A DNA stretch of 64,000 nucleotides from the human T2T-CHM13v2.0 reference genome, Homo sapiens, in assembly GCF_009914755.1 (NCBI RefSeq), contig NC_060932.1; one strand, given 5' to 3'. The translations under genes and the position numbers were made by a program. The notes beneath the pieces were generated by a model, which was given only the letters and a program-made list of their open reading frames with translations, was not told where the DNA came from and ran no database searches. Positions within the stretch are counted from its first letter, which is position 1. Every line of letters starts with the position of its first letter. Positions 37,615-54,181 of the stretch are shown one piece after another.

Positions 37615-38725
37615 TTTGCCTTAGGTGGCAAGACATTGAAATTCCACAGGGTGCCTAAGAGCTAGGATATCTATTTATCATCTTATTTCCAATTTTGACA
37701 AATATGAAACAAATTATAGTCCCTGAATCATGAACATAATGAAAAAAAGTTAGTCGACCCCATATATTTCATATTTATGCCAGTGATGGTGATTTGATTT
37801 GATTTTTTGTCTCCTCTGTTTCTCATGAAGTGGTTCACTATTTTGATAGAGCAGCTCCCTGAATTATTCAATCGAGGAATAGTTTTCGTTTGCTTGATGT
37901 TTCATTTTCTCTCAGGAATGGCCCTTATAGAATATGCATTTCTTTTCCTTGAGTGAGATAATGTATGTGAAAGTACTTTGCAAACCATCAGGCGCTAAGG
38001 AAATGGAAGGTAGAATGATTATTACCTTTTAAGGTCTTAAGAGACATAAACTACTAACAGCATCATCTTATTGCTCTGCTTTTCTTGCTTTTTGTTGCTG
38101 TAAAAAGAACTATTTCCTCTCAAGAGATTATTCTCTGCTACAGTCGGGAGGCAAACATGTTTGTCTATACATCGTCCAGTTACTACCTCTAAGAAAATTA
38201 ACAAAACTCAGATGTTCCTGAGATAAATGTTGGATAAACCATTAGTTGTAGAGAATATTCTTTGTCCAGAAGAACAAAAATATTAAAATTCTGCCGATTT
38301 TAAAAAAGCGCTTCTTCCTGACATCCCTCCTTGGCTCTTCCCTTGTGAGCACAGAATGTCCACATGCAGACTCGGGAAGAGTGGCAGTTCCTGTGATCAC
38401 CTAAGTTGCCATGGACGGCAAGGATTGGGAGACTTCAGTTTTATGTTCTAGTTACCAGTGAAACTGCCCCATTAAATATTTTAAGGAACACATTCGAAGT
38501 ATGAAAATATTTTCTAAAATAGAATCCATCTCTTCGTTTGTCCTCTAAATATAGCTGATGTGTCCATCATGGGACCTGATCATAATATTTTTATGGTGAC
38601 ATTGATGCTTTCTTTGCAATTTTTGAAAAGTAATAATTTTCTCCATGTTATAGCTATCATAGGAAAAAGCTGTTCTTGGAAATACTGGGATGCCTGGGCC
38701 CATCTCCATTAAAAAAGCGAGACTT

Positions 38726-39079
38726 CAGCAGCCACAAAAAGGAAAGAGATCATGTCTTTTGCAGGGACATTGGTGGGGCTAGAAGCCATTATCCTAAGCG
38801 GACTAACACAGGAACAGAACAGCAAACACCGCACGTTCTCACTTATTAGTGAGAGCTGAACAATGAGGCCACATGGACACAGGGAGGGGAACAACACACA
38901 CTGTGGCCTGCTGGTGGGGACGGGAGCCCCGGGGCAAGGGAGAGCATCAGGAAAAATAGCTAATGCATGGTGGGCTTAATACGTATGTGATGGGTTGGTA
39001 GGTGCAGCAAACCACCATGGCACACATTTACCTTTGTAGCAAACCTGCACATCCTGCACATGAAATTAAAATAAAAAAT
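38726..39079 (+). mobile_element. 5'-truncated L1PA (older primate subfamily) 3' end
   Basis: GAGATCATGTCTTTTGCAGGGACA...GGTGCAGCAAACCACCATGGCACA...CCTGCACATCCTGCACATG, A-rich tail; TSD AAGC(G/A)AGACTT at 38715-38725 and 39080-39090. Confidence 0.92.
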
Positions 39080-39840
39080 AAGCAAGACTTGGAATTCAGT
39101 TAGGAGGCAAAGGACAGAGAGGCAGTAGGGGTGGAATGGTTTTGAGTTCTGGCCTAGATGGAATTCCAATGAGATAAGCTGAAGTGGGTGAGTAGAGGCT
39201 GATGGGGGTGGTTTTACCTGAACGAATGTAGGAAAATAGGGACCCAGGCAAGAGCCTTCCAGCGGAGAGGCAAAGCAAAAAAGTGCAGCTTTTTTAGGGG
39301 AGAACTAGATGGAATGTAAGAGCAAATGCAAACTTCTAAAAGAACAAGGAGACAAGGACCTTAACTAGTTTAGGAACAGGTAGGGATTAACATTTATCTG
39401 ATAGGCCGGATGAATTTGGAGTTTGAGTGCAATAATAACAATAATATCTAATATTTATTAAACTTTTAATGCACCAGTTACTATAGCAATCATTTTCATA
39501 AATTATCCTGCATTATCTCCTTAATCCTTACAACTTCATAAGATAAAAACTTATTTTAGGTTCTTATCTTATTTTAATGTTGGAGAAAACAAAAGTTTAG
39601 GGAATCTAAGATGATTCAGTGGTGAAGCCAGTACCCAAGTTATGCCTGTGTGACCCCCTAATTTATGATATGTATATACTTCTTAAAGATATAATATGGC
39701 TTGTGTGCTTGTATTTTTAATTTGAAAAATATGAACACACACACAGAAGTTAAAATTAACCTTAATTCTACCATGGAAAATAAATATCACACAATCCTTC
39801 AACAACCCCCATCCCCAAAGGTAACATTACCACTTTAGTA

Positions 39841-39882
<42 letters not shown>
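39841..39882. repeat. (TG)5(TA)16 compound microsatellite
   Basis: Direct observation. Confidence 0.95.
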
Positions 39883-39884
<2 letters not shown>

Positions 39885-42033
39885 GTGTATAGTATGTGCA
39901 CACAACTACATATATATGTAGCCGTTTGTTTTCTGCAACCTTTTATATTAAAAAATAAAACAATCTTTCAAGAAAATGATCTTTTCATATTTGTGCATTT
40001 TTCTTCCATAGAAAATAGTGCTGCAAAAATATATATTTACATATATATGTATGTATATAGACAGACAAAATTTTGACGATAAGGGGTTGCAGCAATTTAT
40101 ACTTATGTGAGGGTATGATATGAGGGCTCCTTTTTACTCACATCATTGTGGAAACTAGTTTTTAATTTAAAAATTTTTGGTTATTCTGATAGTGGGGAAA
40201 TGGTATCTCATTTGTTTTGCCTTTTTTGAGTTATTATTGAAGATGAATATTTTTCTCATATTTTATTGACAACATAAATGTTTCTTAAATATATTAATAT
40301 AAATGTATTTTTCTCTTAACCATTACAATGTTTTCTGTGTTTCTGTAATTTTACACATGTTCATAATTCCTAATATGAGAAGTAGGGATGGAGAGTGGCA
40401 GGGAAAGAATGAATGGGATTAAAGGGAGGGTTGGGACAGAGTGAATGGGACATCGGGACAGCACTTTGACTGTTTCTATAGCTGACCCAGAAATATTTCA
40501 TGATCGAGGTTACTAGAAGGAAATGACAATGCTTGAATGGTAACAAAAGCATTTTTGAAAGCACTGCTTCTAATCTTTGATCATTATACTCACTTATTAT
40601 GAAGTTTCTTTTCACCTCTAAATATCTGATTTTCAATTTGTAAAGTGGGAATAAAACTTCCTTTTCTTTTGAAAGATATCTTGAATGTTAAAAAGAAAAA
40701 AAAAAGAAAATACTTTGAAAACATCATTACTCCATATCATGATAATTACTTTCATTTTCTTTTGTTTTACCAATGACATCCTCTCAGATCTGGTCTAACA
40801 CATTTCAAATCCAGCCGCACTCTTTCTCATCCCTCTAAAAACACCTCATTTTAAAAACAGTGAAAACAGCACGTCTGCCATATTCTCAGATTGCTATTCA
40901 ATCATCTTAAAGGGTTAAGGAAGGATGTCTTATTCCCAAGTTAAGATTGAGTATTATCCGAATTGTCTTTTTAGTTAAGGACTGAGAGTAGGAGAGTTTA
41001 ATAAAGAAACGCAAAGCTCTGGAATTTTTTTCTTTTGATTCAGAAAAATCTAAACCTGTTGTCCCTCAGGGCATCACATAAAGCACATCCGTTAAATCAG
41101 GATTTTCCTAATGTAAATGGACATGGGTTCTCTTGACAATTTTACTGGTTTGAATTCCGTTGGGCTGCTATACATATGCCTGGAGGGCTCATCAATGAGT
41201 GGGTATTATAAATCAAAATTTTAAAAATCACTTGTATTAGAACTATTATCTATGACCCATTACAAATAATCCCCCAAATCTTCATCTAATCAAATGCGGT
41301 TTTGTTAACCGCTACATTTCAGCTCTCTCTGTTCATTGTAATTCAAGGTTGTGCCTCTGCTGCCATTCGTAAATCACTTGTTAATCGCTCCTGCTTTATA
41401 ATACCAGCCTAATCATTTGCTGTGTCTTGCTGTCAAAACATTCCAATCTGATTTGATGCAACTTCATTCTGCATGTGTGCATCCCTATCTAACCTATAGA
41501 ATAGCAGAAATAATTGCCTACATCTGAGAAGTTTTTTCTCCAAACACCTGTACTAATTAAAACTCCAAATACATGAAAAATTATTGACAATAGTGTTCAT
41601 CATTAAGAACCTCTTTTCATAGGCACAGCAAGCAAGATGTGGACTGTGTACAATGGCTAGTCAAAGATGGATAAATAATGGAAGCTTTATTTGCTGTGCA
41701 TTCTAAAGGATCCCATTTACGAGCCAGCTAAAACATAATTCAATGGATCCATCAGTGGTTCCCACACCAGTGTCAGACTGGCATGAAAGACCCACATTTC
41801 CAGGCCTTATGAAATGGTAGCCCTTTTAGTGCACAAAACAAAAATCATTCTGTACCACTTCCTATGTCGATGACATGCTTGTATTGATTTTTCTCTGATT
41901 GTTTTGCAACACGTAGAGCTTCTTCAGGTATTTGGGTCACACTCACCACACTGGTGCTCAATCCAAAGGGCCTCCAGCACCCTGCACCAATAGCGATTAG
42001 AGAGACACTCTGATGGACGTAAAAACTGAAACC

Positions 42034-42364
<331 letters not shown>

Positions 42365-43897
42365 TTATAGAGATTTAACTAATGATGTAGTCTTTTTTTT
42401 TCTGTTAATTGATACTGAAACACAAATGATGTAGTTTGGCTGATAAGTGTTTTCTTCCTGCTTTCTATTTTTATACGTATACTATCAGAAAAGGACACAG
42501 GAAGTCAACGACAGCCCAGGCTACATAGTTTGGAAAGCAAGACTGGAAATTAAGTTTCTGGCAGGAAACCACACGCATTTTGAAATCCTGTAATCCTGAA
42601 TAATATGCAACACAAATATCTCTTCCTCTTCTTTCGCCTCTGACATTAGTTAGTATATTCTTTTACTAGAGAAATAGGCTTTTTGTTTTTCTTTTGCTTG
42701 TAGGGGCACATGAGGCATCCTTTATAAGGAAATGGACTGGTTAGCTGACACTGAAGTATTTGCACTCTTCATGTACTTTTCCAGCAATTAAAGTCTGAGA
42801 AAAACTTACTTCTCCTTTTAGTATTCCTCATATGGTATCAGATTTCATTAAATTCTTTATCTACAGCTTCCTTAGCCATGTCATAGACGCAAACTGGGAA
42901 CCAATTCTTTACAAATAAAAATGAACTTATATACTTTATTGCTTCTGACATGAAATACACTGGAAGTACTGAAAAAAGATGTTTGCTTATCTAGGGGAGT
43001 AGTGTTATGTCATTGCAGAGAATAACTTCAAATGTATCACAGTATTTCTGCAGAAAATTGGACTTCTCCTTGATGAGTGGCTTGGTGCCAAGGACCCAGA
43101 TTAAAAGTACAAAATACACAATATCTTCACTGTAACTGTTTTCTATGTATGTAACAGAGGAACCAAATTAGTGACAATGTGTATCATGTATCTGCTTTAT
43201 GTGGATAAATATAGTGTATGACACACGAAAGGCCACTGAGCACAAGCCCTAGTGTTGTGGGCTGAAGAAAAGGAGGGCATATCTTAGTCTAATCAGGTTC
43301 AGAGAATCACTTCACAAATTAAAAATACACAGCAGTTATGGGATGGTCCTATTTACTGATGCTCAGAGACATCAAATGCAGCACCAATTGCATACAGGAA
43401 GGGTTAAATGACCAAATATTTCTGCAGGTCTCTTATGAATGCTCTTTAATGAAGTTTTACAAGGAAGACATTCAAGAGGGTAACAATAGAAAAGTAAACA
43501 TTTGCTAATTCACATGTTTTTTCATTTAATTGCACTTATTGCATCTTCCTATATGTCTGATGCAAAGACCGATGCATATAACATCATCACTAACTTAGAA
43601 CTCAGAGCCAGATGAATTCACTTTCTTCAAGTCACTATGATAAAATGTGATAAGTGTGATATTTTAAAAGTGTATCTAAAGTGCTATGGAAACAAAGGCA
43701 AGTAATTCACCATGTTTATTATTGGAGGATGGGGTGAATGTTCCGCTAGCATCCCCTATTCCTCTTTCCTGCTGTATTTTTTAGAGCACCTATTATCACT
43801 TGATATAGTATATATTTAGTTGTTTACTGACAATTTGGTTTTTTTGCAGTGTGCACTGCCCCGCCCAAATATGATATAGACCCTGTAAAAACAGGAA

Positions 43898-43962
43898 CTT
43901 TTCTTTCTTCTCCCTTCCTTCCTTCCTTTCTTGCTTTCTTGCTTTCTCTCTTGCTTGCTTTC

Positions 43963-44022
<60 letters not shown>

Positions 44023-44198
44023 TCCTTTCTCTTTCTTTCTTTTCTTTCTTTCTTTCTTTCTCTTTCTCTCTTTCTTTCATTCTTTCTCCCTCTCTTTCTC
44101 CCTCCCTCTCTTTCTTTCTTTCTTTCTTTCCTTCCTTCCTTCCTTCCTTCCTTCCTTCCTTCCTTCCTTCCTTCCTTCCTTCCTTCCTTCCTTCCTTC
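43898..44198. repeat. ~300-bp polypyrimidine compound STR (TTGC/TTTC/TC/TTCC)
   Basis: Direct observation; occupies the tail position of the adjacent reverse AluJ. Confidence 0.95.
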
Positions 44199-44530
<332 letters not shown>

Positions 44531-44883
44531 TAGTTGCTAATTAAGTATTTGTGGAATGAATGAAAGGAATACATGTTAGACTACATGAGATGCTGGAAAT
44601 ACAATGGTGACTAATACCCACAGTAAACCTGACCTTAAGCAGCTTATGTTCTAAGGGGAGAGATAGACAATATTCAATATACAAGTAAATGTGATGGTTT
44701 CACACACTGATGAGTGCTAAGAATATAACCACTGTAGGTAAGTCATATAGAGTGAAGAGGACGTTGCTTAACAAGGGAGCCAGGAAAGGCCTCTCTGAGA
44801 AAGTGACATTTGAATTGAAACCTAGGTCCTGAGAAGGAGGAAGCCATGTGAAGAGACGGAGAAAGAAAGAGCATGTCATGGGT

Positions 44884-45283
44884 TGTTATGGTTTAAATAT
44901 ATCTCCTCCAAAATTCAAGTGTTGAAACTTAATGGCCAATGTGATAATAGTAAGCGGTGGAGTCTTTCAGAAGTGATTGGGTAGTGAGGGCTCCTCTCCT
45001 TGTAAATGAGATCAAAGCCCTTATAAAAGAGGCTTTATGAATGATGTGGCTGTCTTGTCCTTCTCCCTTTCACCATGTGAAGATCCAGTGCTCCTCATCC
45101 TCTGGAGGATGCAGCAACAAGGCACCATCTTGGAAGCAGAGAGCAGCACTCACCAGACACCAAACCTTCCAGCACCTTAGTCTTGGAATGATCAGTTTTC
45201 AGAACTGTAAGACATAAATTTTTGTTCTATATTAATAATCCAGTCTGAGGGATTTTATTATAGTGGTACAAACGAACTGAGAC
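44884..45283 (+). mobile_element. MST (MaLR) LTR inserted in a reverse L2 (~44570-45720)
   Basis: TGTTATGGTTT...CCTCCAAAATTCAAGTGTTGAAACTTAAT...GCAACAAGGCACCATCTTGGAAGCAGAGAG...AACGAACTGAGAC. Confidence 0.85.
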
Positions 45284-46376
45284 TCAGGCCATCAGAGCTT
45301 GGTGTTTTGCCAAAGAAGCCTGTGTACCTCGAATGAATGGATGGAGCAAGAAGTGAAAAGGTGGGAGGTGTCATATCACATAGTGCCTTGCAGGACAAGG
45401 TAGGAACCTTGGGTTTTATTGTGGTCCTAAAGGGAAGCCACTAGAACATTTCAAGCAAAGAAGTGGCATGATCTGATTTATGTTTTAGAAGGTGCTTTGC
45501 ACACTTGCTTGCAGTTAATGTGCAGAAGGTGGTGGATAGAAAAGAGTCAGAGAGGCCCCTTCGAGGAGTCTATTATAGAGCCATAGAAAAAATACAGTCT
45601 TAGATGAGGCTAAGCTTGTAGCAATGAGGGTGGCAAGAAGTGCTTGGAGTTCAGATATATTAGGGAGGTAAAACTTACAGGTCTTGATGATAGATTTAAT
45701 GAGGAAATTGAACAACCGAGTTGGTGAGTCAATGGCAGAAGGTGATTTGCTTTAGTTGAGCAGAAAATAGGAATAGATTTGCATTAGTTAAGTAGAAAAA
45801 TAACTAGAACATTATAAGACGTGAGGAAGGGTGTTGAGCTTCCCAAAGTCTGTTCTTTAGAAGTCTGAGTCAATGAGATAGTGAAGAGGACTGATTTAGA
45901 GGTTACCAGTAGAAAGGGTACTGGAATTTGATCACTGTGGCTGAGGCAGGCAGGGCAGAATGGAGGTGAAAAAGACTGTTCTAGTAGCCTGCAGTTGAGA
46001 GTGAAAAAAATAGCTTTGGAAAGAATAAAGCTTAGAAATGTTACAGGAAATTGGTAGCATACTGATTATGCCAAGATACTGCCAAAAAACCAGCTCCATT
46101 TATCAAATGTAGAGAAAAATCACTAAACCTAAGTGGAGCATCGTGCAAATATCACAGCCAACATTTTCCCACAATTTCCCACTTTTTAGCTACTTGTTTT
46201 TATACTACATACACAATACTTTTTTTTTGTTCAAAGGATTGGATGTAATGGATGAGGCAAAGGAAAAAAACCTGAATTTGATTTCAAATTTGTTTTCAAA
46301 TTAGTGAGGCTGCACTACAGTGCTACCAGATATGATCATGGAAAACAAAGGAGAGAAAAAGAAAAAGAGATGAAGA

Positions 46377-46847
<471 letters not shown>

Positions 46848-47784
46848 TAGAATTATCTGAGCCAATGAAAGAAAGTCACTTCTTAAGATGGCTAATTAAA
46901 ATCCTTGGACCTTTGGCTTAGAAAATGTTTTCATGTTTACATTTAAATACAAGAGGTTGTGGCTTTTTGGGAAATCCATTTAACTATAATGAATTAGTAG
47001 AGTGTAAGTCAGACTTAGAGATGCTGGGAAGCGACTTCATTTCTCAGCATCCAGTCTGTACCAGGAATAGATCACTTTCTTTTGATTCTTATGGAAGGAT
47101 GACCTTTCTTGAGCCACTCCAGTAATATTATGGGAAGAAGCTATGCATTTGTGTTTAATATCATGAAAAATAAGAAGGAGTTGAGATGTCAACAAAGCTA
47201 TAATTAAACTCATTCATTTATTCATTTGACACATTTGAGTTATAGTCAAGTCTAAAAGTGTGTGATAGATATTCAAACCTCCTTGAGGTCAGGGACCATA
47301 TCAATGCATCTCAGCACTAGAAAGTGCTAGGAACACGTGTGAATGAAATGAATAAGGGCCTAGTGAAAGGAAAGGTGACTGTGGCTGCAATGTTTAGAGA
47401 AGCCTCATGGACAAAGTGCAATTTTAACTTGTTTTTCAACAGAGAGATAGTCTATATAAAAACTAAATAAGGGGAAGAGTTACAACTATTAAAAAATTTC
47501 TAAGTTAGATTTGCCTCTTAATCCAAATGTGGACAGAATGACTTTAAACAATTGATTCATTTATTTATTCGACCATTCATTTAGTACCCAGTATGTTCTA
47601 GGCATTGTGCCACACCCTGAGCATGGATTGTACAATAAAATATACACAGTCTCTGCCCTTGTGAAGCTTATAGTCTAGTGGGGAAGATGGACTAGAAACA
47701 AATAAATAGGTAAGTAACTGAATTTAAAACCAAAATCAAAACCAAAAAGGAAACCTAGATTGCTCTAACAGAAAATATTGCAGA

Positions 47785-48099
<315 letters not shown>

Positions 48100-49619
48100 C
48101 TAATCAGGGACATCCTTTCTGGGGAATGACATTGAATTTGGATGAGAAGCAACCGAATATCCTAATAGCAGAGAATTGGACAAGGAGAGGAGAGTGTGGA
48201 AGTAGTTGATGTTCCAGGCAGAGCGAACAGCATGCAAAAGCACAAGACAGGAAATATTTTGGCTTTTTGGGGAAACGAATAGAGGACATTCAGCCCAATT
48301 TTTGAGCCTGACTTTGAATAAAAATGGGATATCTGAGTGGAGATCTAGAATAAGGAGGAAATTAACAGCCTAAAAGTGGGTGAAATGTCACTGGTAATAT
48401 TCATTCTTTTGATAAATATGTATTCAGTCAGTCATTATTGTGGGCATTGCGGGGATAGTAGTCAGGAGCTTACATTTTAGAAGGGGAAGATAAATCAGAA
48501 AACAAGTAACTCAATACGGAATTTAATTTCAGATCATAATAGGTGCTATGAAGATGACACAATATCATGGGAATGACGGTGACTATTTTAAGTAGAAAAG
48601 TCAGAGAAGACTCTCAAGGAGGAGACACCAGCTGGGTAGCCTCAAGCAAGAGCATCTCAGGCAGAGTATGTGCAAAGGTCTTGAGATCTGCTGTTGTGTG
48701 CCCCTTTATCCAATGTCACAAAGGCTGGCGATATTCTCAAGGTCCCCTATCTCGCATCACACAAGCATACATCACTCCATTGTATCCAAAGGCACACACC
48801 ACATCCGGGAAGCCAAGGTTGTCTCTGGCCTACACAGCACCTCTTCTCTCTCCTCGACTCTTGCCTCTTTTTTTTTTTTTCCTGTTGCCCTATACAACTT
48901 ATCTTCCTACCCAGCTACACTGCCAGCAGCACTTTCTCCTTCCTCAGGCAAGTATGGTAAAGTGCTGTGGGCTGTAAGTGGGAGGAACCCCCAACAGCCA
49001 AGAGCAGGAACCATGTGTGGACAAGAGGTCATAGCAGGAAATGGGTGTAGCATAGTTCACTGCCAAGCCTGAGATTCAGTTCAACCACCTGTCCACCAGT
49101 TTCCTGCTGTGGGGGCTCCGGGCCAGGTGCTTGCATGTTCCTCAACGTATGTGTGGATGTTCCAGCTGAGAAACTGAGCTCTAAATTTGGAAGCAAATGC
49201 ATGGGTATCTATGTATAAGATGAGACAAAGTGGAGAATTAAACTCTCAAATTCAACCCTGAATTTTATCAAGTCGCTATTAAAGATGAAATGAGATGTTA
49301 TCAAGTTGCTATTTAATGTGAAGCTATATAAAACATACATATATTTTTATTATCAAATATACATATATTTATTATACAAGAATCAGATGCAACAAACATT
49401 GAGCACTGATTATATACCAAGTAATCTGCTTGGAAAACAGATTTAATTCTTACATTGGTCTTTCCCAATAAGTCTGATTTTACTCATTTTACCAGCAGGG
49501 GTGAAGGAACAGTTTGACACACTGCTCACATACCAGAAAGTGGCCAAGGAAGGCCTTTGACCACAAATGCTGGGGTCATCTCACGAGCTACCGTTTGCCT
49601 TCTCAGCACATGACAGCAA

Positions 49620-49875
49620 GTTTGGAGGCAGCCTGGTGAGCAGCCAAGAGCAGCAGTGGTTACGCCTAGGGAAGAGCATGAGTTAGAACATCAGCATTAC
49701 TTCTTTCCAGCCATGGGAGCTTGGGCTGGTAAGTTTACCTTCCCAAGCCTCAGTCTCCTGATCTCTAAAATGAGAATAATCATAAAATGGGCCTCAAAGA
49801 ATTGTTAAAGGATTGAATGAACTTCTTATGTCATGCCTGGCATATTTGGCACTCAGTAAATGGGAGCTACCTATC
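49620..49875 (+). mobile_element. MIR
   Basis: GAGGCAGCCTGGTG...AAGCCTCAGTCTCCTGATCTCTAAAATGAGAATAAT...GGCACTCAGTAAATGGGAGCTA. Confidence 0.65.
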
Positions 49876-52825
49876 ATCTCAGAGGAGAGTGCTTAGCCCT
49901 TAAGTTGCTCTTTTTAAGCTCGGGCACATTCACTCACTCATTGTATCCTCCCAGATTGGAAGGGTTGGGCACAAGAGGAGCTCCCCAAGACAGGTGCTCC
50001 CTGGTCTCTAGCCCTCTTTATGGAGAGATAGTGCACCCAGTACCTCCTTAAGACAAATACTCCCCACCACCCAGCCTCTTGTCTGGCACCGGAGCAGAAT
50101 TGTCAGGGAGTGTGAGTAAGCAGCCGGCAAGAACCCTCACTGTCTGGAGGCATATCCACACCTGAAATCTCTTATCAGAGAACATTGAGGTTTACTGCAA
50201 CTGAAGGGCCTTGTGCTGGTATCAGAGTGCTGCCTTTCTAACATAATCACTTCTCTCTTGTACCTTCTAGATGTCTAAGTAGGAAGATCTTCATAAATAT
50301 TTCGCACACCATGTTAGAACCTTTAAATCTGTTTGAACTGGATTCTTGTTAGGAAGAAATTCATTTCTAATTTAATTTTAATTTTTTTGGCATGTTTACT
50401 CCATCAAACAATTATCCTGCCTAACAAATTATGTAAAAAAAAAAAGTTAAAAATAAGGGAGTCACATGACCTTTGAAGTTAGAAAATAAATCAGAGAAGA
50501 ATAAAAAGGGGAATGAATTGTTCTAAGTATATCAGAAAGGCTTTATGTGTTCAGAAACTCATTTACTTTTCTCCAAATCAATATGCAGTGCTCAGCACAG
50601 AGAACTATCAGAGAACTATTGAATATAAAGCACAGAAGATAACAGCAGTGATTACAACATGCAATTGTGCAGCTGTGATATCATCCCCTCCCGCTCCACT
50701 GGGTCCTCCCCATCAGATTGGTTGCTATGTTAATATTTTAGGCTTAAAGGACCAGAATTAATTCATTCAGTCTTATCTCTGATGCGTTGGTTTTCTGTCA
50801 AAAATTCCTGACAGAATTAACAGTCAAAATGAAGCAGGATAATTGGAGACGGAGCCATGCAGCCGATCATGCCATCCTTGGAATTATTGGGCACACCATC
50901 ATCTCTTGCTTGGATTCAGGATCTTGGCGTGAGTTGATCCCTCTTCCCTATTCTACAGAGCGACAATTTTGAGCTATAAATAGACCACCCCATGGTGGTT
51001 TTCTATGAATAATGAATATGGAATATGATCTTCCTCTGTTTTGATGAACAACTACTACAACAATCAGACGAAATCTAACAGGCAGCTGGACGAGGTGTTG
51101 CAAAGCCCCTAAAAGTGACAAAGTGTGAGTTAAATGTATATAGGCTGATTATCTTACAGCTTCTTATTTCACATGATAATGAAGTAGTTTTCTATTAACA
51201 GAGAGGTCCTATGACATAGATAAGATACTCCAGAGGATTTTCCAGTTCATTTGACCTTACAGTAAAATAGAGAAGTGTTTGGGGCAAGACAACAGAAAAC
51301 TGACAGCTGGAATGAGAATGTGAAATTTACAGCTTTTTCATACCTAGTTCCATCTCTGCCCCTCCCCCAGTCCATCCCCTCGGATGTTTTCTTTCTCAAA
51401 TAGGAACGTGGAGAAACGGAGGAGGGAAAGAATTATACAAGTGTCTGGCTGCCAATAAAGACAGCACCTACTTCATGGTCAGAAATGATTAATCTTTATG
51501 ACCGTTCTTATCACCATTTACTCAGGAACAGTTGAGAATTCAGTCATGTGGTGGTGAGCAACTATAATCTTTCTAATCCAGATTTTCTACTTCTGCCTTT
51601 TAATCCCTGGTTGGTTACTCCAATCTAGATTTCTTCCCTCTAAGAAATTTGCTAAAGTCCCCAAAAGATTTCTGGAGGGAAAAAATGCTGCCAAAGATCA
51701 TTCTGGAATTTCAGGTATGATCACTGTGTAGATGAGGGTGTTTTTGAACTTGGGTAGGCCGCCCAATGGAACAATTCCCTGTGCCTCAAGAACAGCTTTC
51801 TGAGTTTGGCTAAGGAGGCCAGTAGTTAGGTATCAGCAGGATCTTGGAAGAGGTGGTAAGCTGGAGGAGGAGGAAGGTGAGGAGCAGATGAAATTGAAGA
51901 AATGAGATATCTCCCTTGATTATTTCTTCATAAGTCAGCAGAAGTTGGTTAGCAAGGAGGGAGGGAAATATTTGGTATGTTATTAACAAAGCTGCTGTAA
52001 TAAATTATGAAACAGGCTGTGGCAAAAGGCCTGTGAAGTACACCATGTACCCTTATCAAGATGGCTTCCCTTTGCCCTAGGAAATTGCTTATGATTAAGA
52101 TGTTGGTTAATACCTGTGTCTTACAGCACCCATTACAGATTTGCAAATGCCTCATCACTGTCACTAGGCACCAAACCTCATCTTCTCTGATTTGCAGCTT
52201 TAGTGGCAGTGACCAACATAAATAATTAAATAATTAAATATGCACATAAATCTTTTCTCCAATCACTTGTCTAAAATTTTCACTTTTCTAAAGAGTAGAG
52301 AAGATTAATTTTTAATGTTATTAAATTAGGTAGGATAAAACCTAAGAATAGGCACATTTGAACATTTGAAAGAATGATCTTGCTCTCATTATGAGAGTGA
52401 CATCTAAACCCCCCGGCTACACCCACCTTATTCAGCTGTTACTGAAACTTCAAAGGGAAAATAATTCATTAAATTAAAGGACTAAGTATTGAAAGGCCTT
52501 AGTTGAATTGTTGGCTAATATGACCAACTAAACTTAATTAGAAATATGGTCAAAAATAGCATATACTTTCCAACTCTGTTATCCACAGAAAGGAAAGGGA
52601 GGTGAGATGTAGCTAACATTGTAATGTTTGCACGATTCTAAAAATAATTGTTATTGGATTAAAAAAATACATTATATACATTTTCACAGCAGGAATTGGA
52701 GGTTGAGTCAGACGTGAATGAAAGATCTCATTCCAGTCCTTTGCACTTACTATGATAACTTTTAATTGTAGGACCACCAGCCTACTATAGCCTCTTAGCT
52801 TGGCTCTGGAAAAAAGTCATGAACA

Positions 52826-52880
52826 GTGTGTGTGTGTGTGAGTGTGTGTGTATGTGTGTGAGAGAGAGAGAAAGAGAGAA
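52826..52880. repeat. (TG)n(AG)n compound microsatellite
   Basis: Direct observation. Confidence 0.9.
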
Positions 52881-53784
52881 AGTGAGATCACTTGGAATCA
52901 TTTTGAAATATAATTTCCCCGTACTATTTCCTATCATAATGACATGTAACATTGTATAAATGGTGAACAGTGAGTTTATTTTATTAAATGTGGTTTAAAG
53001 TGTTTTAACTAATAGCAACAACCATAGCAAAGAAGATAATGTTTCGATTCTGGTCCTCCTTAATACCCATCTTTAAAATATTTTCTTTAAGAAATATTTA
53101 AGAATATTTTCTTTTTCTAGAACTGCAGCACCAGTATCAATACAACGGTGGGTTCTTTGATCTTTTTGTTAAAAATTTTTTTTTTAATGAAACCGGTAAG
53201 AATGATGTAGATATTATCAAGTACACATTACTAGAGCAATATTGAATTTCTGTATAAAGAAATTTAAGTATGTAATAATAGACCACTCATTTTATAAAAT
53301 ACTTAATTCTATGAAATTATAGTCAAGATGATTTGATTAATCCACTAAGTTTCCTTCAAATTGAATTTGGCTAGCTCTTACTTAGGAAAACTGACTTCTA
53401 TTGAGACCAAATTGCTGCAAACTGAATCATTGTGTGTTCGAAGTATGCGAATCTCCCAGGTGAGACTCAGGATGGCAACACAGGCATCTAGAAGCAATTT
53501 AAGAAGTGATTAAAGCCCAAGAGCATAGTGAAGGAAAAGAAAACAAATAACAAAGCAATGGCTGCATAGCACGTGTTATTAAGTCCATCAAAGGTAATTA
53601 TGAAAAATATCTTAGACAAGGGATTGATGATCTCTTCTTAGAATGAATACTTTTAGTAAAACATCTTTAAAATATCTCTGTTTTAAAATTTTTGTATATA
53701 GATCTATCAGAGATCTCTCTTTTTAAACTAAAGGGAGACACAATGAAAAGTTTGGAGATCAGTTGTTCAAAAAGTTTAAGATTA

Positions 53785-54181
<397 letters not shown>

